DNA of 64,000 nucleotides, taken from contig JAIOQZ010000050.1 of the NCBI GenBank assembly GCA_021108395.1, positions 21 to 64,020 of the forward strand. The letters are read 5' to 3'. The notes beneath the pieces are model-generated. The model made no database searches and had not been told where the DNA came from. It saw only the letters and a list, made by a program, of their open reading frames with translations. The stretch is from Candidatus Cloacimonadota bacterium (lineage in GTDB: Bacteria; Cloacimonadota; Cloacimonadia; Cloacimonadales; JAIOQZ01). Both the position numbers and the translations under genes were made by a program. Positions 1-15,000 of this stretch are shown one piece after another (the stretch's first letter is position 1; each line of letters starts with the position of its first letter).

Positions 1-3000
1 CACCTCGAAGCCGTCAGGCGCCGTGAGCGAAGTAATATCGAGGTCGGTGTTGCCCACATTGCTGACGATGAACGACTCGATCGCAGAGGTCTCACCGGCG
101 AATACGTCGCCGAAGTTGAAACTTGCGGTGTCCACAGCTATGCGTGGCAGGCCTGTGGCAATCACAGCCCGTATCATCAGGTTGCCGCCAACTGGCGCAA
201 AGCCGCCGCCCAGGTCGCCCCAGCTTTGTTCGGCATCCGTACTCGACGTGTCGAGGCCGATCATGTGGGAGCCGGCAGGCGCGTTGACGGAGACAAAGAA
301 CGTCCCGCCCATGATGATTGGTTGCGCCGAGACTGGTATATCGAGGAAGTTCCAGCCCTCGGCCAGTTCGTTGGCCGGATAGCTCAGATCGCTCACCTCG
401 ATGTTGCCGGGCACGGGGTCGGCGTCGCTGTAGATATACACGTCAAGCGGATCGTCGGCCTTCTCCCAGAGGTAGATGGCCAGCTTGATGACCACCGTCT
501 CGGGGATGTAGCGTTCCGGCGCGTTGAACTGAACGCCCGCTTCGTCTGCGTTGTATCCTTCTTCGGCGGTTCCGTCGTCATAGAGCAGGAAGAACTCGTC
601 GTGCGGCACGGGGTACATTATATGCACGGGCGAGAAATCGCTCTCGCCGCTCCAGTCGTCCGCTGCCAGCATGGCGGTCATCTTATAGAAGTTCTTCTGC
701 CCCACTACGGCCGCTTCGTGAGTGTAGGCATATGTGCCGCCCACACCGAACTCGGCAATCTCTACATAGCCGGTGAAGTGGTTGTTCGAGTGATAGAGCT
801 TGAAGCCGATGAGCCACGGCGTGTTCGCCGGCGCCACCCACTCCATGCTCATTGGTTCGCTTGGCTGCAGCGGATACATACAACCGCTCATTACCGGCAT
901 CTCGTTCTGGTTTACCAGTGTGATGACAAAGCTCACCTCGTCGAAGCCCTCGGCGTTCTCGGCGCGCACGGTGACATCGATGACCCCTGCCTGATCGCCG
1001 GTGGGCGTCCACTCGATGAGACCCGTCGTGTCGCTGGTGGCGATGACGGTCATGCCGTCGGGCGCCTCGGTGAGGGTGAAGTTGGCCAGCGGGAAGAAGT
1101 AGCCGGTCACCGGCCAGGTGTAGAGCGAATCAACCGCGAACAGCATCGTGTCGGCGATAGCGTCGATTACCGGAATGTCTATGACGTTGAATACCTCGAC
1201 CACCACGTCGTCAACGGCGATCTCGCCGGCGTTGTCGGTGGCGGTGAAGGTGAGACTCTCGGTGCCGTACCAGTTGAAGTCCGGCGTCAGCGTCACCACA
1301 CCGGCGACTATGCTCACGTCGATGTTGACGTCACCGGCAACGGTGAAGGCGAGCTCGTCGCCGTAGATGAGGTCAACATCGCCGAAGACGACGTTCAGGT
1401 CTATGCTGTTGTCGGAAGTGTTCTCCGGCATGACTATGTCTGTAAGCCCATTGGCCACGAACGGCGCGTCGTTGACGAATGTCACGCCCACATCGGTGAA
1501 GTCACTGGCGGTAAGACGGTTGGTGCGCATGTTCACTGTATTGCGGCCACCCTGGTTATCATCGATGGTGAAGGTGATGGTTTCTTCGCCGTTCCAGTTC
1601 TCCGTCGCAGTGAAGGTGACGTCCATACCACTGATAGCCACGTCGATTTCAGTCTGGCCAACAGCGGTGAGCGTCATCTCGGTGTAAGCCTGTTCGAGGT
1701 CGGTGATGTACTGGCTGAAGTCAACCTCGAGGTCGGCGTCCTCGTCGAACGAGAAGCCTGCGGGCAAGGTGATTGTGGGCGCGTCGTTCACGTCTTCCAC
1801 CGTCACGAGGACTGCCTCGTCGATGCTTACGCCGGCGTTGTCGGTGGCGGTGAAGGTGATGGTCTCGGTACCGAACCAGTCGGCGTCGGGGGTGAGGGTG
1901 ACGATGCCGGCATCGATGCTGACAGCGATGTTGGTGGCGCCGCTATAGGTAAAGGCCAGCACGTCGCCATAGATGAGGTCAACGTCGTCGAACACGTTGT
2001 TGAGGTCGAGGCCGCTGTAAACGGTGTCTTCGTCAAACGTGATCGGGTCGATGGGGTTGGCAACGTATGGCGCATCGTTCACGAACGTCACGCTTACGAC
2101 GGTACTGTCGCTGTCTGTGGCGCGGGTCACGTTGTCGTCAACGGTGAAGGTGATGGTCTCGATGCCGTTCCAGTCAACCGGTGCGCTGAACGTCACCACA
2201 AACCCGGTGATGTCAACGATGATGTCGGCGTTGCCGCCAGAGAGCGTAAGCACGTCGCCCGGATCGATGTCGTCGATGTAGGCCGTGAAGTCTTCGACCA
2301 GCACGGTGTCCTCGGCAAAGGCGAAGCTCTCCGGCAGGTCGATGGTGGGCGGGTCGTTCACGTTATCGACCGTCAGCAGAAAGTCGTCATATACGCTGTC
2401 GCCGGCGAGGTCGGTGGCGGTGACGCGGATGTCGTAGCTGCCAACGTCGTCGTTGAGCGGGACGCCGCTGAATTCGGCGCCGTCGAAGCTCAACCAGCCA
2501 GGCAACGGATTGCCGTCAACCTGCTCTGCTGTGAGGGCCAACACGTCACCATAGATGAGGTCTGCGTCGTCGAAAGCGCCTGCGGGCAGGATGTAGCTGT
2601 AGGCTATGTCCTCAGTCGCCGTTGAATCGGCAAGCGGAATAGCCAGGTATGGCGCGTCGTTCACGAATGTCACGCTCACGACGGTGCTGTCGGTGGCGGT
2701 GGCGCGAGTCACGTTGTCGTCAATGGTGAAGGTGATAGTCTCGCTGCCGTTCCAGTCGGCAGGTGCGCTAAACGTCACCACAAATCCGACTATATCGACG
2801 ATGATGTCGGTGTTGCCCACTGCGGAGAGTGTGAGCACGTCGCCCGGGTCGATGTCACCGATATAGGGCGCAAAGTCCTCGGCCAGCACGGTGTCCTCGG
2901 CGAAATCGAAGCTCGCCGGCAGGTCGATGGTCGGTGCGTCGTTCACGTTGTCAACAGTCAGCTGGAAGTCGTCATATACGCTGTCGCCGGCAAGGTCGGT

Positions 3001-6000
3001 GGCGGTGACACGGGTGTCGAACACACCGATGTCGGCGTTGAGCGGGACGCCACTGAATTCGGCGCCGTCAAAGCTCAACCAGCCAGGCAGCGGGTTGCCG
3101 TCGGCCAACGCCGCTGTGAGAATCAACACGTCACCGTAGATGAGGTCTGCGTCGTCGAAGGCGCCTGCGGGCAGGATGTAGCTGAAGGCGATGTCCTGCA
3201 TCGCGGTTGTGTCGGCCAGAGGAATGGCCACATACGGCGCGTCGTTCACGAATGTCACGCTCACGACGGTGCTGTCGGTGGCGGTGGCGCGAGTCACGTT
3301 GTCGTCAACGGTGAAGGTGATGGTCTCGCTGCCGTTCCAGTCGGCAGGCGCGTTGAACGTCACCACAAACCCGACTATATCGACGATGATGTCGGTGTTG
3401 CCCACTGCGGAAAGCGTGAGCGCGTCGTCCGGATCTATATCGCCGATGTAGGCTGTGAAGTCCTCGACCAGCACGGTATCCTCGGCGAAGTCGAAGCTCG
3501 CCGGCAGATCGATGGTCGGCGCGTCGTTCACGTTCCACACCACGATATCGAAGGTTGTATAGACCATGTTGCCGATCAGGTCGGTGGCTTCGACACGGAC
3601 GATCCAGCGGCCAACGTCAGCATTGAGCGGGGTGCCGGTGAAGCGGCGCTCTGCTGCCGTGAAACCAAGCCAGGACGGCAGCGGCTGATGATCCCAGAGA
3701 ACGGCCGTGTAACTCAGCGTGTCGCCCGGATCCGGATCAAAGAACGTATCTTCCGCGAACTGGAAGTCGAGCAAGTCGTCCTGATAGACATACTGATCAT
3801 TGATTGGGTTAAGCACCACAGGCGGCTCGGAAGCGTCGATCACCGTAATGGTGAAGTTCTGGGGCACCGGCGCGGCAATGCCGTCGCTCACAGTCAGCTC
3901 GACCGCGTGGTCACCCACATCGGCGTTGGTCGGGTTGCCGCTGAGGCTGCCGGCGCCGTCGCCGTTGTCGGTCAGCGCAAGCCAGCCCGGAAGCGTCGGC
4001 GCCGCCAGCACGAGGCCGTTCCAGTTGTTGTTGTCGTCGGTGGTTTCAACCTCATAGAGGTAGGCGTCGCCTTCGGTGACAGTGATGACCGGCGTCGAAA
4101 CGAACGACGGGGCGATGTTGTCGCTGAACACCTGCATCGTGAACACCGTGTTGGCGGTGTTCGTGGCGGTATCGGTGGCGATGACGCGGATATCGAACTC
4201 GGCCACGTCTGGCAGAGCGGCTGTGCCGCTGAAGGTGCGGCTCAGGCCGTCAAAGCCCAGCCACGCGGGCAACGGATTGCCGTCGCTTTGCTCGGCGGCA
4301 TAGGTGAGTACGTCGCCCGGGTCGTCATCGGCGAATGTGTCTTCTGGGAAGGCGTAGAGATATGCGTCGCCCACAACCACAGACTGGTTGGGAATCGGGG
4401 TAACAACATACGGTGCGCTTTGCAGGTCGATCACCGTAATGGTGAAGCCCTGCGTCACCGGCGTGGCGATGCCGTCGCTCACGGTCAGCTCGACCGCGTT
4501 GTCACCCACGTCGTCGTTGGACGGCGTACCGCTGAGGGTACCGGTGCCATCGCCGTTATCGGTGAGCATGAGCCAGCCAGGAAGAATCGGTGAACCGAGC
4601 ACAAGCCCACCCATGTCGATGCCATCATCGCTCGTGGTGACGGCATAACTGTAGGGCGCGCCCTCGGTTGCGGTCAGCGCCGGTGTGCTGGTGAACAGCG
4701 GGGCTACGTTGGGTCCGAGGCCAACGAGCAGGGTGAATACGTCGTCGCCGGTGGCGCCGGCAATGTCGGTGGCGGTAACGCGCAGGTCGTAGCTGCCGGC
4801 ATCGCCGTTGGCGGGCGTACCGCTGAAGACGCGGGCGACATCGTCAAAGCCCAGCCAGCCTGGCAACGGGCTGCCGTCGCTCTGCTCGGCGCTGTAAGTC
4901 AGCACGTCACCGACGTCGATGTCGATGAACACGCCGGCGTCAATTGTATAACTGTAGGCGTCATTCGCCACGGTGTATTGATCGGGGATGGGCAACGCCA
5001 CATAAGGCGCGTCGTTCATGTTGGCCACCGTGATATCGAACACCTGCATCACCGCGTCGCGGCGGCGGACGCCGTCGTCAACCCAAAGCTCGACCGCGTG
5101 GTCGCCCACGTCGGCGTTGGCTGGCGTGCCGTACAGCAGGCCGTTGCCGTTGCCGCTGTCGGCCAGCGTCAGCCACGAAGGTATATCGAGCACGAGCAAC
5201 ACCATTGTCTGCGCGCTGTCGGGGTCGTAGGTGGTGATATGATAGGCATATGCCTCGTCCTGGTTCACGCTGGTCACTGGGACGCTGGTAAACACCGGCG
5301 GCACGTTGCCATCGACTGTGAGCGTAAAGGTATCGCTGGCGAAAGCGCCGGCAAGGTCGGTGACGGTCACCTCGATGTCCCACAAACCGCCGATTTCGGC
5401 TTCGGTGGGAACGCCGTAGAAGGTGGTCGGCGCCTCAACGCCAAAGCTGAACCAGGCGGGCAGCGGGCTGCCGTCGCTCTGTTGGGCGGTGTAGGCCAGC
5501 ACGTCGCCCCAGATCAGGTCTATGTCGTCGAAACTGCCGGCGGGAATGGTGTAGTCCCACAAATGATCGCTGTACGCTATCTGGTCGCCAAGCGGGATGA
5601 CCACGAACGGCGCGTCGTTCACGTTGGCCACATCGATGGTGAAGCTCTGAAGCACCGGCGCGGCAATGCCGTCGCTCACCTCGAGCACAACGCTGTGTGC
5701 GCCCACTTCGGCGTTGGACGGCGTGCCGTCGAGCAAGCCGGTACCGTCGGTGTAGTCGATGAAGGTAAGCCAGGCCGGCAGCGTGGTGGCTGTCAGCGTG
5801 AGCGAGTCAGTCGGGTTCATGTCTTCTGCAACCACGTTATAGCTCCACAGGATGTCCTGCGTGGCGCTGGTGTCCGGTATCGAAACGAAATACGGGGAAT
5901 CCTGCGTGGCAATTACCTCGAGCAGGAAGACATCGCTCACTGCGGCGAGTGAATCGTCAGTCGCGGTCACCTCAATCTCGTCGATGCCCACATCGATGTT

Positions 6001-9000
6001 GGTCGCAGTTCCACTGAACGTGCGCGTGAGCCCGTCGAACGACAACCAGCCGGGCAGCGGGTCGCCGTTGCTCAGCGCCGCTGTGTAGGTGAGGTTGTCG
6101 CCCCAGGGTAGGTCGATGTCGTCGAATGTGTCTATCGGGAAGGCCCAGTTCCAGAGAGAGTCGGCCAGTGTCGATTGATCGACCAGCGGAACAGCCACAT
6201 GTGGCGGGTCGTTCAGGTTGGCCACAACGATGGTGAATTCCTGGTTGGACGGTACACCGCTGGAGTCCGTTGCGGCGATGACAACCAGATTGTCGCCCAC
6301 GTCTGCGTTGGCGGGAGCGCCGCTGAGAAGGCCGGTGCCGTCGCCGTTATCGACGAAGCTCAACCAGGTCGGCAACGTGGGTACGGTCAACGTCATGCTG
6401 TCACCCACATCGATATCCTCGGCAGCCGGAGCGTAACTGTATGGCATGTCCTGCGTGGCCATCGTGTCTGGCGTGGTGGTGAACACCGGCAGGTCGTTGC
6501 TGTGATGCACGGTCAGCACGAACTCGTCCTGCCCAATGTTCGAGAAGTTGTCTGTGGCGGTGACAAGGATGGTGTAGCTGCCCACCTCATCGACTGTGGG
6601 CGTGCAGGTGAACCGGCGCTGGGTCGGCGTGAAAGTCAGCCAGTCCGGCAGCGGGTTACCATCCGCCTGCCGCGCCGAATAGGCAAGCTGATCTTCCGGG
6701 TCTGGATCCACGAAGGTCGAATCGGGGAATACATAGTCAAACAGCACATCCTCGTATGCGTCCTGATCGGGGATGGGGTTGGCCACCACCGGAGGATTCT
6801 GCTCGGCTCTCACAGTGAGTTGGAACACGTCAGACGCCTCTGCGTAAGCCGTATCGGCAACGGTCACCTCGATGTTATAGATGCCTGCATCGGTTGTATC
6901 GGGCACACCGGAAAACATGCGCAGTGCTGCGTTGAACTCGAGCCACGCAGGTAAAAGCGTGCCATCAGAAAGATTCGCTTTGAAAGACAGAGTATCACCA
7001 ACATCGGGGTCGGCAAAGGTGTTGGGCGGTATCACGAAGTTATATGGTGTCGCTGCCCATGTAGAGTGATCCGGCAGCGGATTGACCAGGTACGGCGCGT
7101 CGTTCACGTTGACCACAGTCAGCAGGAAGTCGTCATCTGCGCTGGCGCCGGCAAGGTCTGTGGCGGTAACGCGGATGTCGTAGCCACCAATGTCGGCATT
7201 GAGCGGGACGCCACTGAATCCGGCGCCGTCAAAGCTCAACCAGCCAGGCAGCGGGCTGCCGTCTGTATGCGCCGCTGTGAGGGTGAAGCTGTCACCCCAC
7301 GCCAGGTCGATGTCGTCGAACGCGCCTGCGGGCAGGACGTAACTGAAGGCTGTGTCCTGCGTCGCGGTTGTATCGGCCAGCGGAATGGCCACGAACGGCG
7401 CGTCGTTCACGTTGGCCACATTGATGGTGAAGCTCTGCGGCACCGGCGCGGCGATGCCGTCGCTCACATCGAGCACAACGCTGTGTGCGCCCACTTCAGC
7501 GTTGGACGGCGTGCCGTCCAGCAGGGCGGTGCCGTCGCCGTTATCGATGAAGTTGAGCCACAATGGCTGCGTGGTTGCGCTGATGACAAGGCCTCCAACC
7601 TGCATACCATCATCGGTGACGGCGATGCTGTAGGTGTAGGCAATATCCTGAGTGGCGTCGGTAATCGGGGTACTGGTGAAGAACGGCGCGTCGTTCACGT
7701 TGGCCACAAAGATAACGAAACTCTGCTCGGTGGGTGGCGTGCCGGGGATGTTGTCCCACACCGTCAGCGTGACGCTGTTGTTGCCGGTATCGGTATTCAG
7801 CGGCGTACCCGAGAGCAGCGCCGTGCCGTTGCCGTTGTCGGTTAGCGTGAGCCAAGCAGGCAGCGCCGTGCTGTCGATTGTCAGGCCGAAGTTGATGGCG
7901 TCGTCATCGGTAGTTACGTTATAGCTGTATGGCTGATTTTCGATGGCGACGGTTATCGGCGCGCTGGTGAACCACGGCGCCGTGTTGGCCACATCGGAGA
8001 CCCGCACCAGGAAGTCGTCGAACACGCTGGTGGTAGAGAGGTCTGTGGCGGTGACACGCACACTGTATATACCCAGGTCTGCAAGCACGGGAGTGAATAT
8101 GAACTCGCGTGTCACATTGTCGAAGGCAATCCACGCCTCGAGCGGCGAGCCATCGGTCATGGTAGCGCCATAGCTCAAGACGTCACCGATGTCCATATCG
8201 AGGAAGCTGGCCGCGTCGAAGATGTAGCTCACTATCGTGTCATACATGACGAACTGGTCGGCCAGCGGCAGGTTGATGTATGGCGCGTCGTTGGTGTTGG
8301 CCACATCTATGCTGAAGCTCTGCGTGTCGGTGAGGCGGACGCCGTCGTCAACCGTCAGCGCCACTGCGTTGGCCCCCACAGCGTCATTGAGCGGCGTACC
8401 GGCCAACTGGGCGGTTCCATCGCCGTTGTCGGTGAGAGTGAGCCACAGGGGCAGGGTGGGCGCACTGATATTGAGCGTCGCGCCGGTGTCTGCGTCGTCC
8501 GTGGTGATGTTATATATATATGGAGTGTCCTCAGTGCCAACCTCGACGGGTGTACTGGTGAAGAACGGCGCGTCCGGCGCGTTCTGCACGTCAAGCAGGA
8601 AGAAGTCGGAAACGTCGGCGCCGGCAATGTCGGTAGCGGTCACTTCGATGGTATATACACCCACGTCTGCATTGGCGGGCATTCCACTGAAAGTGCGCAA
8701 GACATCATCGAAGCTCAACCAGCCCGGCAGCGGGCTGCCACCGCTCTGCTGGGCGGAATATGTCAACACGTCGCCCACATCGGGGTCGGTGAAGGTGTTG
8801 GCGTCGAAGGTGAAGCTGTAGGCCAGGTCTTCCCAGGCCTGCTGGTCGGGGATGGGATTGGCCACCACCGGAGGTGAGTTCACGTTGGCCACGTCTATGC
8901 TGAAGCTCTGTGTCACCGGCGCGGCAATGCCGTCGCTTACGGTCAGCTCGACCGCGTGCAGGCCCACGTCGTCGTTGGCGGGCGTGCCGGCGAGCGTTCC

Positions 9001-12000
9001 GGTGCCATTGCCGTTGTCGATAAGCGTGAGCCAGGTCGGCAGCGTCGGTGCCGCCAGCGCCAGGCCGCCCATGTCGATGCCGTCATCGCTGGTGACAATG
9101 GCGTAGCTGTAGAGGGCGCCTTCGGTGGCGATGATGGCGGGCGTCGAGTCGAACACCGGCGGAGCGTTGGTCGGGAACACCTCGATGGCGAAAGTATCTG
9201 TCGCCGTAACGCCGAAGGTGTCTGCCGCGCTCACAAGCACCTGCTGTGTGCCCACATCGCCTGCGGCAGGAGTGCCGTTGAAAGCTTGTGTGCCGTCGTC
9301 GAAGCTCAACCAGGCTGGCAGATCGCCGCCGCCGGGCTGGGTCGCCGAATAGAACAGGTCGTCGCCATGTATCAGGTCTGGATCGTCGAATGTGCCTGCG
9401 GGTATGGTGTAGGCAAATGCCAAATCCACCACCGCCGGTTGATCAGGGATGGGTGTGACGAGATAGGGATCGTCGTTGAGATTGATCACCTCGAGCTGGA
9501 AGTCATCGAAAACGCTGGCGTTGCCCTGGTCTGTCGCCGTAACGCGCAGACTGTACACGCCCACGTCGGCGTTGTGCGGGATACCACTGAATGTACGCGG
9601 AATTGCGTTGAAGAACAGCCAGGCCGGTAAGGGACTGCCATCGCTCTGCGAGGCGGTGTAGGTGAACACGTCACCAATATCCGGGTCTGCGAACGTGTCG
9701 GCATCGAACGTAAAGGCGTAGGACGCATCTTCGAATGTTGTATGGTCGGGTATGGGATTCGCCACATAGGGCAGACTGTTGACGTTGCCCACGGAGATGG
9801 TGAAAGCCTGCTCGGTGAGCGGAGTGAAGATGTCGTCGTCTGCTGTGAGCACTACGTTGTGGTCGCCAACCTCTGTGTTGGTGGGCGTGCCGGTGAGCAG
9901 GCCGGTGCCGTCGCCGTTGTCGGTGAATGACAACCACGCCGGCAGCGTGGAGGCGGCCAGGGTGAGGCCGAAGTTGATCGAGTCGTCCTCGGCGGTCACG
10001 TTATACACATACAGCTCGTCTTCCAGCGCAGTGGTGACGGGAGCGCTGGTGAAGTATGGCGCCTGGTTGACGACCGATGTAACCAGCAGGGCAAAGGTGT
10101 CAGTGACAGCGCCGCCCGCGAGGTCGGTGGCGGTCACGTCTATCAACCATGTACCCACCTCGGAGGCCGAGGGGGTGAACACGAACAAGCGCTGTGTGCC
10201 CCAGAAAACGATCCATGGCGGCAGCGCGCTTCCGCCGTTCAGCTCTGCGCTGTAGCTCAGGACGTCCCCCACATCGATGTCGGAGAAGGTGTCTGGCGGG
10301 AAGTTGTAGCCCAGGCTCTGGTCCTGCTCGACGTGCTGGTCGGGAATGGGGATGTTAACGATCGGCGCGTCGTTCGCGTTAGCCACCACGATGGTGAAGT
10401 TCTGCGTACCCATGAGACGGACGCCGTCATCCACGAACAGCTCGACCGGATGGCTGCCCACCTCGTCGTTGGTGGGTGTGCCATATAGCAGGCCGTTGCC
10501 GTTGCCGCTGTCAATCAGGGTTGTCCACGACGGGATGAGCGTGGCGCCAAGTATCGCTGTCGAGTTTGGATCGAGGTCGTTCGTGATGATGTGATATTCC
10601 CACAACACGTCCTCGGTGGCGCTGGTGTCCGGGTTGGACACGAAGTATGGATTGTTCGGCTCGTTCGATACCCGCAGCCGGAAGACATCGTTGGCGGACG
10701 CCAGAGAGTCGTCTGTGGCGGTAACGCGGATGAAGAAATCGCCGAGGTCGGAGTTGGTCGGTGTGGCTGTGAACCGCCTGTCGGCAACATCGAAACTGAG
10801 CCACGCGGGAAGCGGGCTGCCGTCATCGAGGTCGGCGCTGTAGGCAAGCTGGTCGCCGTGAATCAGGTCGGGGTCGTCGAATGTGTCGCTCGGTACCTGA
10901 TAGTCGTATGGGTTGCCCTCGAAGATTGTCTGGTCGCTCAGCGGATTGACCAGATATGGCGCGTCGTTGAGGTTGTTGACGTTCAGTATGAAAACATCGT
11001 CCGCCGAAGCGGCATCGCGGTCTGTGGCGGTGACGCGAATATCATAGGCGCCCACGTCGGTGTTGGTGGGTGTGCCAGTGAACGTGCGACCCTGGCCATC
11101 GTAGCCAAGCCAGGCGGGCAGCGCGTTGCCGTCGGCCAGTGCTGCGGTGTAGAGGAGGCTGTCACCCTGCACGATGTTGGCGTCTGTGAATGTGCCGATG
11201 TCGAAAGTGAAGCTCCACGCGGCGTCCTCATCGGCCTGCTGGTCAGGAATGGCCTGCGCCACAACAGGCGCGATATTGAGATACCGCACCTCGATGATGA
11301 AAGCGTCGAAGGTTGACTCGCCCAGGTTGTCTGTGGCGGTCACTTCGATGGAGTAGTAACCGATATGAGTATTGTCGGGCGTGCCCGAGAAACGCCGCTG
11401 CGCCGGATTGAAATTCAACCAGGCAGGCAGCGCGAGCGAACCGGCCTCGTTGGCGCTATAGGTAAGATAGTCGCCGATGTCGGGATCGACGAACGCGGAA
11501 TCGGAGAAAACGAAGTCGAACGCATTGTCCTCTCGCGCAAGTTGATCGGGGATCGGAACCGCGACCTCCGGAGCGTCGTTGGTGTTGACGACCTCGAGGA
11601 TAAAGACGTCGCTCACGGTCTCGGCGGCAAGGTCGGTGGCCGTGACTGCGATGCTGTAGAGGCCAACGTCTTCATTGCGGGACACACCACTGAAGGTGCG
11701 GGTCTGTCCGTTGAAACTGAGCCAAGCCGGCAGAGGGCTGCTGTCGTCCAACAGCGCCGAATAGCTCAGGTGATCGCCGTAAACCAGATCGCTGTCGCCA
11801 AAGGTGTTGGCCACAAAGGTGAACGAATAGGCCGCGTCCTCGAGTGTTGTGTGATCGGGGATCGGGTTGACGACAAAAGGCGTATCGTTGGTGTTTTCCA
11901 CCGCGATAGCGAAAGTGTCCGGCACCGAAACGCCGGCGATGTCTGTGGCCACGAGGCGCACCAGCCAGTCACCCACGTCGTTGTTGTAGGGTGTTCCGGC

Positions 12001-15000
12001 GAATGTGCGGGTGGGGCTGTCCAGGTCGAGCCAGCCGGGCAGGGGGCTACCGTCGGCCAGCGTTGCGGTGTAGGTCAGGATGTCACCCACATCAGGGTCG
12101 CCGAAAGTGCTGTCGGGGAACGTGTAGCTGAAGAACTGATCCTCAACGGCGTTCTGGTCATGGACACCGTTGGCCAGATATGGCGGATCGTTGACATTGA
12201 TCACCTCGAGGGCGAAGGTGTCGGCGACTGTGACGTCATAGACGTCGTGAGCCGTGACCTTGACCTGCCAGACGCCCACGTCCTCGTTGAGCGGCGTGCC
12301 GCTGAATGTCCTCGTATTGCCGACGTAGGATAGCCATGCCGGCAGCGGCGAATCATCCGCCAGTTCGGCAGTGTATGACAGGGTGTCGCCATATACGATG
12401 TTGTGGTCGTCAAAAACATCGGCAGCGTGGGTATAGCTGAACGGACTGTCCTCGAGAGTGTTTGTGTCGGCGATTGGGTTGACCACGAAAGGCGGCGTGT
12501 TGTGCCATGTCACCCACAACAAAAAGACATCGTCAGTCTGTAGCCCTATGGGGTCGGTAGCGATAACCCTGATGTAATACTTGCCGATCTCTGCGGCAAT
12601 AGGCGTACCGGTGAAGCGGCGGTTGGGGCCATCGAAGTTGAGCCAGGACGCCAGGGGGTCGCCGTTTTGCATCTGGGCGGTGTATGTGAGTATGTCGCCG
12701 GGGTCGGGGTCGATGAATGTGTCGGCTGGAAAGGCCCAGTCGAACAACTGGTTCTCCTCGTGCAGAGTGTCTGCAATCGGGATATTGACGAACGGGGGGT
12801 CAGGCGTGTTATCCACCGTAAGCGTGAAGGCGTCGGTGACGTTTTCGCCGTCCAGGTCGTAGGCGGTGACCGCCAGCAAGTGATCGCCGACGTCATAGGT
12901 GCCTGGCGTACCGCTGAATGTTCTGGTGTCGGCGTTGAAACTCAGCCAGGCGGGAAGCGGTGATCCGTTCTGTAACTGGGCTGTGTAGGAGAGTATATCG
13001 CCTATGTCGGGGTCAAAGAAAGTATCGACTGCGAACGTAAATGCCCAGGGTGCATCCTCAGGTGTCGCTTGGTCGGGAATGGGATTGGCCACGATTGGCG
13101 GATCGTTGAGATTGATCACCTCGATGCTGAATGCCTGCTCTACCGGATCGGCAACCCCGTCCTCGACCAAGAGAACAACGGGATTCGGGCCAACGTTGGA
13201 GTTGTCTGCAAAGCCCTCGAGTACTCCGGTACCGTCACCGTTGTCGGTGAGTGTCAGCCAGGCCGGAAGCGTGGAAGCCGAAAGCGTGAGGCCGAAGTTT
13301 ACGGTGTCGTCAACGGCTACCACGTTATATACATAGTTGTTGTCTTCGTTAATGCTGTCTGCCGGCACAGAGGTGAAAACCGGCGGGTCGTTTGTCAGCG
13401 CGAAGAACAGTGTGCGCGTTACATCGACGCCATCGCCCTGGCCGGTGTTTCCCTGGTCATTCATGATAATGGTCATCGTCTCCAGTCCGTTTGCGTCTGG
13501 ATTTGATATGTATTGGAAATTGGCGAGGTAGCTGTTCATCTCATCGAGTTGGGTGACGATGACGACATTGTCGGTGCCATCGCCGGAAATGAAACGTGAT
13601 TGACGACTGCCGAAGTCGAGGATACCCTTCGAGACATGCAGGTTGAGAATAAGCTGGAGATCGCCGACGTCAGGGTCGGACACGACCAGAGAATCGGCCG
13701 CCGTGAACGCGTAATCGCGGTTGGCGTCCACCTGAAGTGGCACGAACAGCCAGTCTTCGATGATGTCGCTCTTGTAACTGAAAACCGGCTCGTCGTTGAC
13801 GGCTGCTATCCTTATGCTCGCGCCGCCCACGCCAGTGCTGAAGGGAGTTCCTCCGCCTGTTCCATAGGCATTGATGTCAACTCTGTCTCCACTGTGCTGG
13901 GTGATGTCGCTCATATCCCAGGCCCGGAAGCTAAAATAAGCATGGCCGACATAGTTCAGCGATGGTACGAAGCGAATGCGGCTGACGTTGGCCGCATCGA
14001 CACCGTCGAGCAACAGCGCGTTGTCGGAGATGTCAACTACCTCGTCCACCTGAGTTGAGATGACCGTCCAGGAAGCCCCGTCGTCAATCGAGTATTCCCA
14101 CAAACCGTTGAGCGTGTTCAGTTCGACGACAGCAATCGACTTCACGGCAGGGCCGTCGGGATCGTATATAGTTCCGTCAGCTACGAACTCGTCGATTGTG
14201 TTGCCCACATTCGTCGTATCGTCTTCGTTGATAATCGCAAGATTGTAGGGAACGGAAGTATCGAGGATGGGCGCGTCATTGATGGGGAGAATGTCGAATG
14301 TGATGTAGCGGAATACGTCCCCACCCCCGCCGATGCCGATGTTGCCCTGGTCATTGAGACGGAAAGTGAGGGTTTCCGACCCGACTGCATCGGGGTTTGG
14401 AATATACTGGATGTCGAAAAGGAAAGTGTTGCATTCTTCTATCGTTGTGACGATGGTCACATTGGATGTACCATCGCCCGCCACGAAACGGGAAATCCCT
14501 GGGATGTCGAGTATGCCTTTTGTGGCCATTATATTGACGATAATGGGATAAGTGGGGTCTGTTGGATCTACGATGTCTTCGTCTGAGACAGTGAGAACGT
14601 GATCTGTGCCAAACTGATATGAGCCGTCCTCGTAAACAGCGAGCGGCAGGGCTATGGTGTCATTCACCTCATTGCCATCCACAAACAACTTCGGGTCGTG
14701 GTTGGTTATCACATCTATGCTCATTGTATGAGTTGACGAGGTTTCCGCGTTCGAGTCCGTCACCTCGAAATCAAAACTTGCCCAGCCCAGGCCGGAAGCG
14801 CCGGGATCGGGGGCGAAGGTCAGCAGGTCGATGCTGGCGACGGGGATAGTCAGCGGCGCGACAACATCGGCGCCATTAAACTCAAGATCGCCTGCGGATT
14901 CCAAAGTGAGAATTGTGACAGATGCGAAGGTATCGCCGTCACCGTCGGAGAACGGAAAGTCTCCGGCGGCAAACGTGTATGTCACGTCCATGAAAGTCTC

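Noticed and set aside
1-13500. Periodic ~290/585-bp repetition considered as a CRISPR array or satellite
   Set aside because: The repeats are long, contiguous, in frame and protein-domain sized. There are no short conserved repeats alternating with unique spacers.
226-14058. Long plus-strand ORFs (226..2625 799 aa, 3688..4593, 4978..5952, 6175..6954, 7066..7845, 11365..12333 and many ~85-aa repeats)
   Set aside because: They are low-complexity R/G/V/H/D-rich antisense shadows of the GC-rich giant adhesin gene on the minus strand. They have no SD sequences or recognisable motifs, and their periodicity only mirrors the coding repeats.
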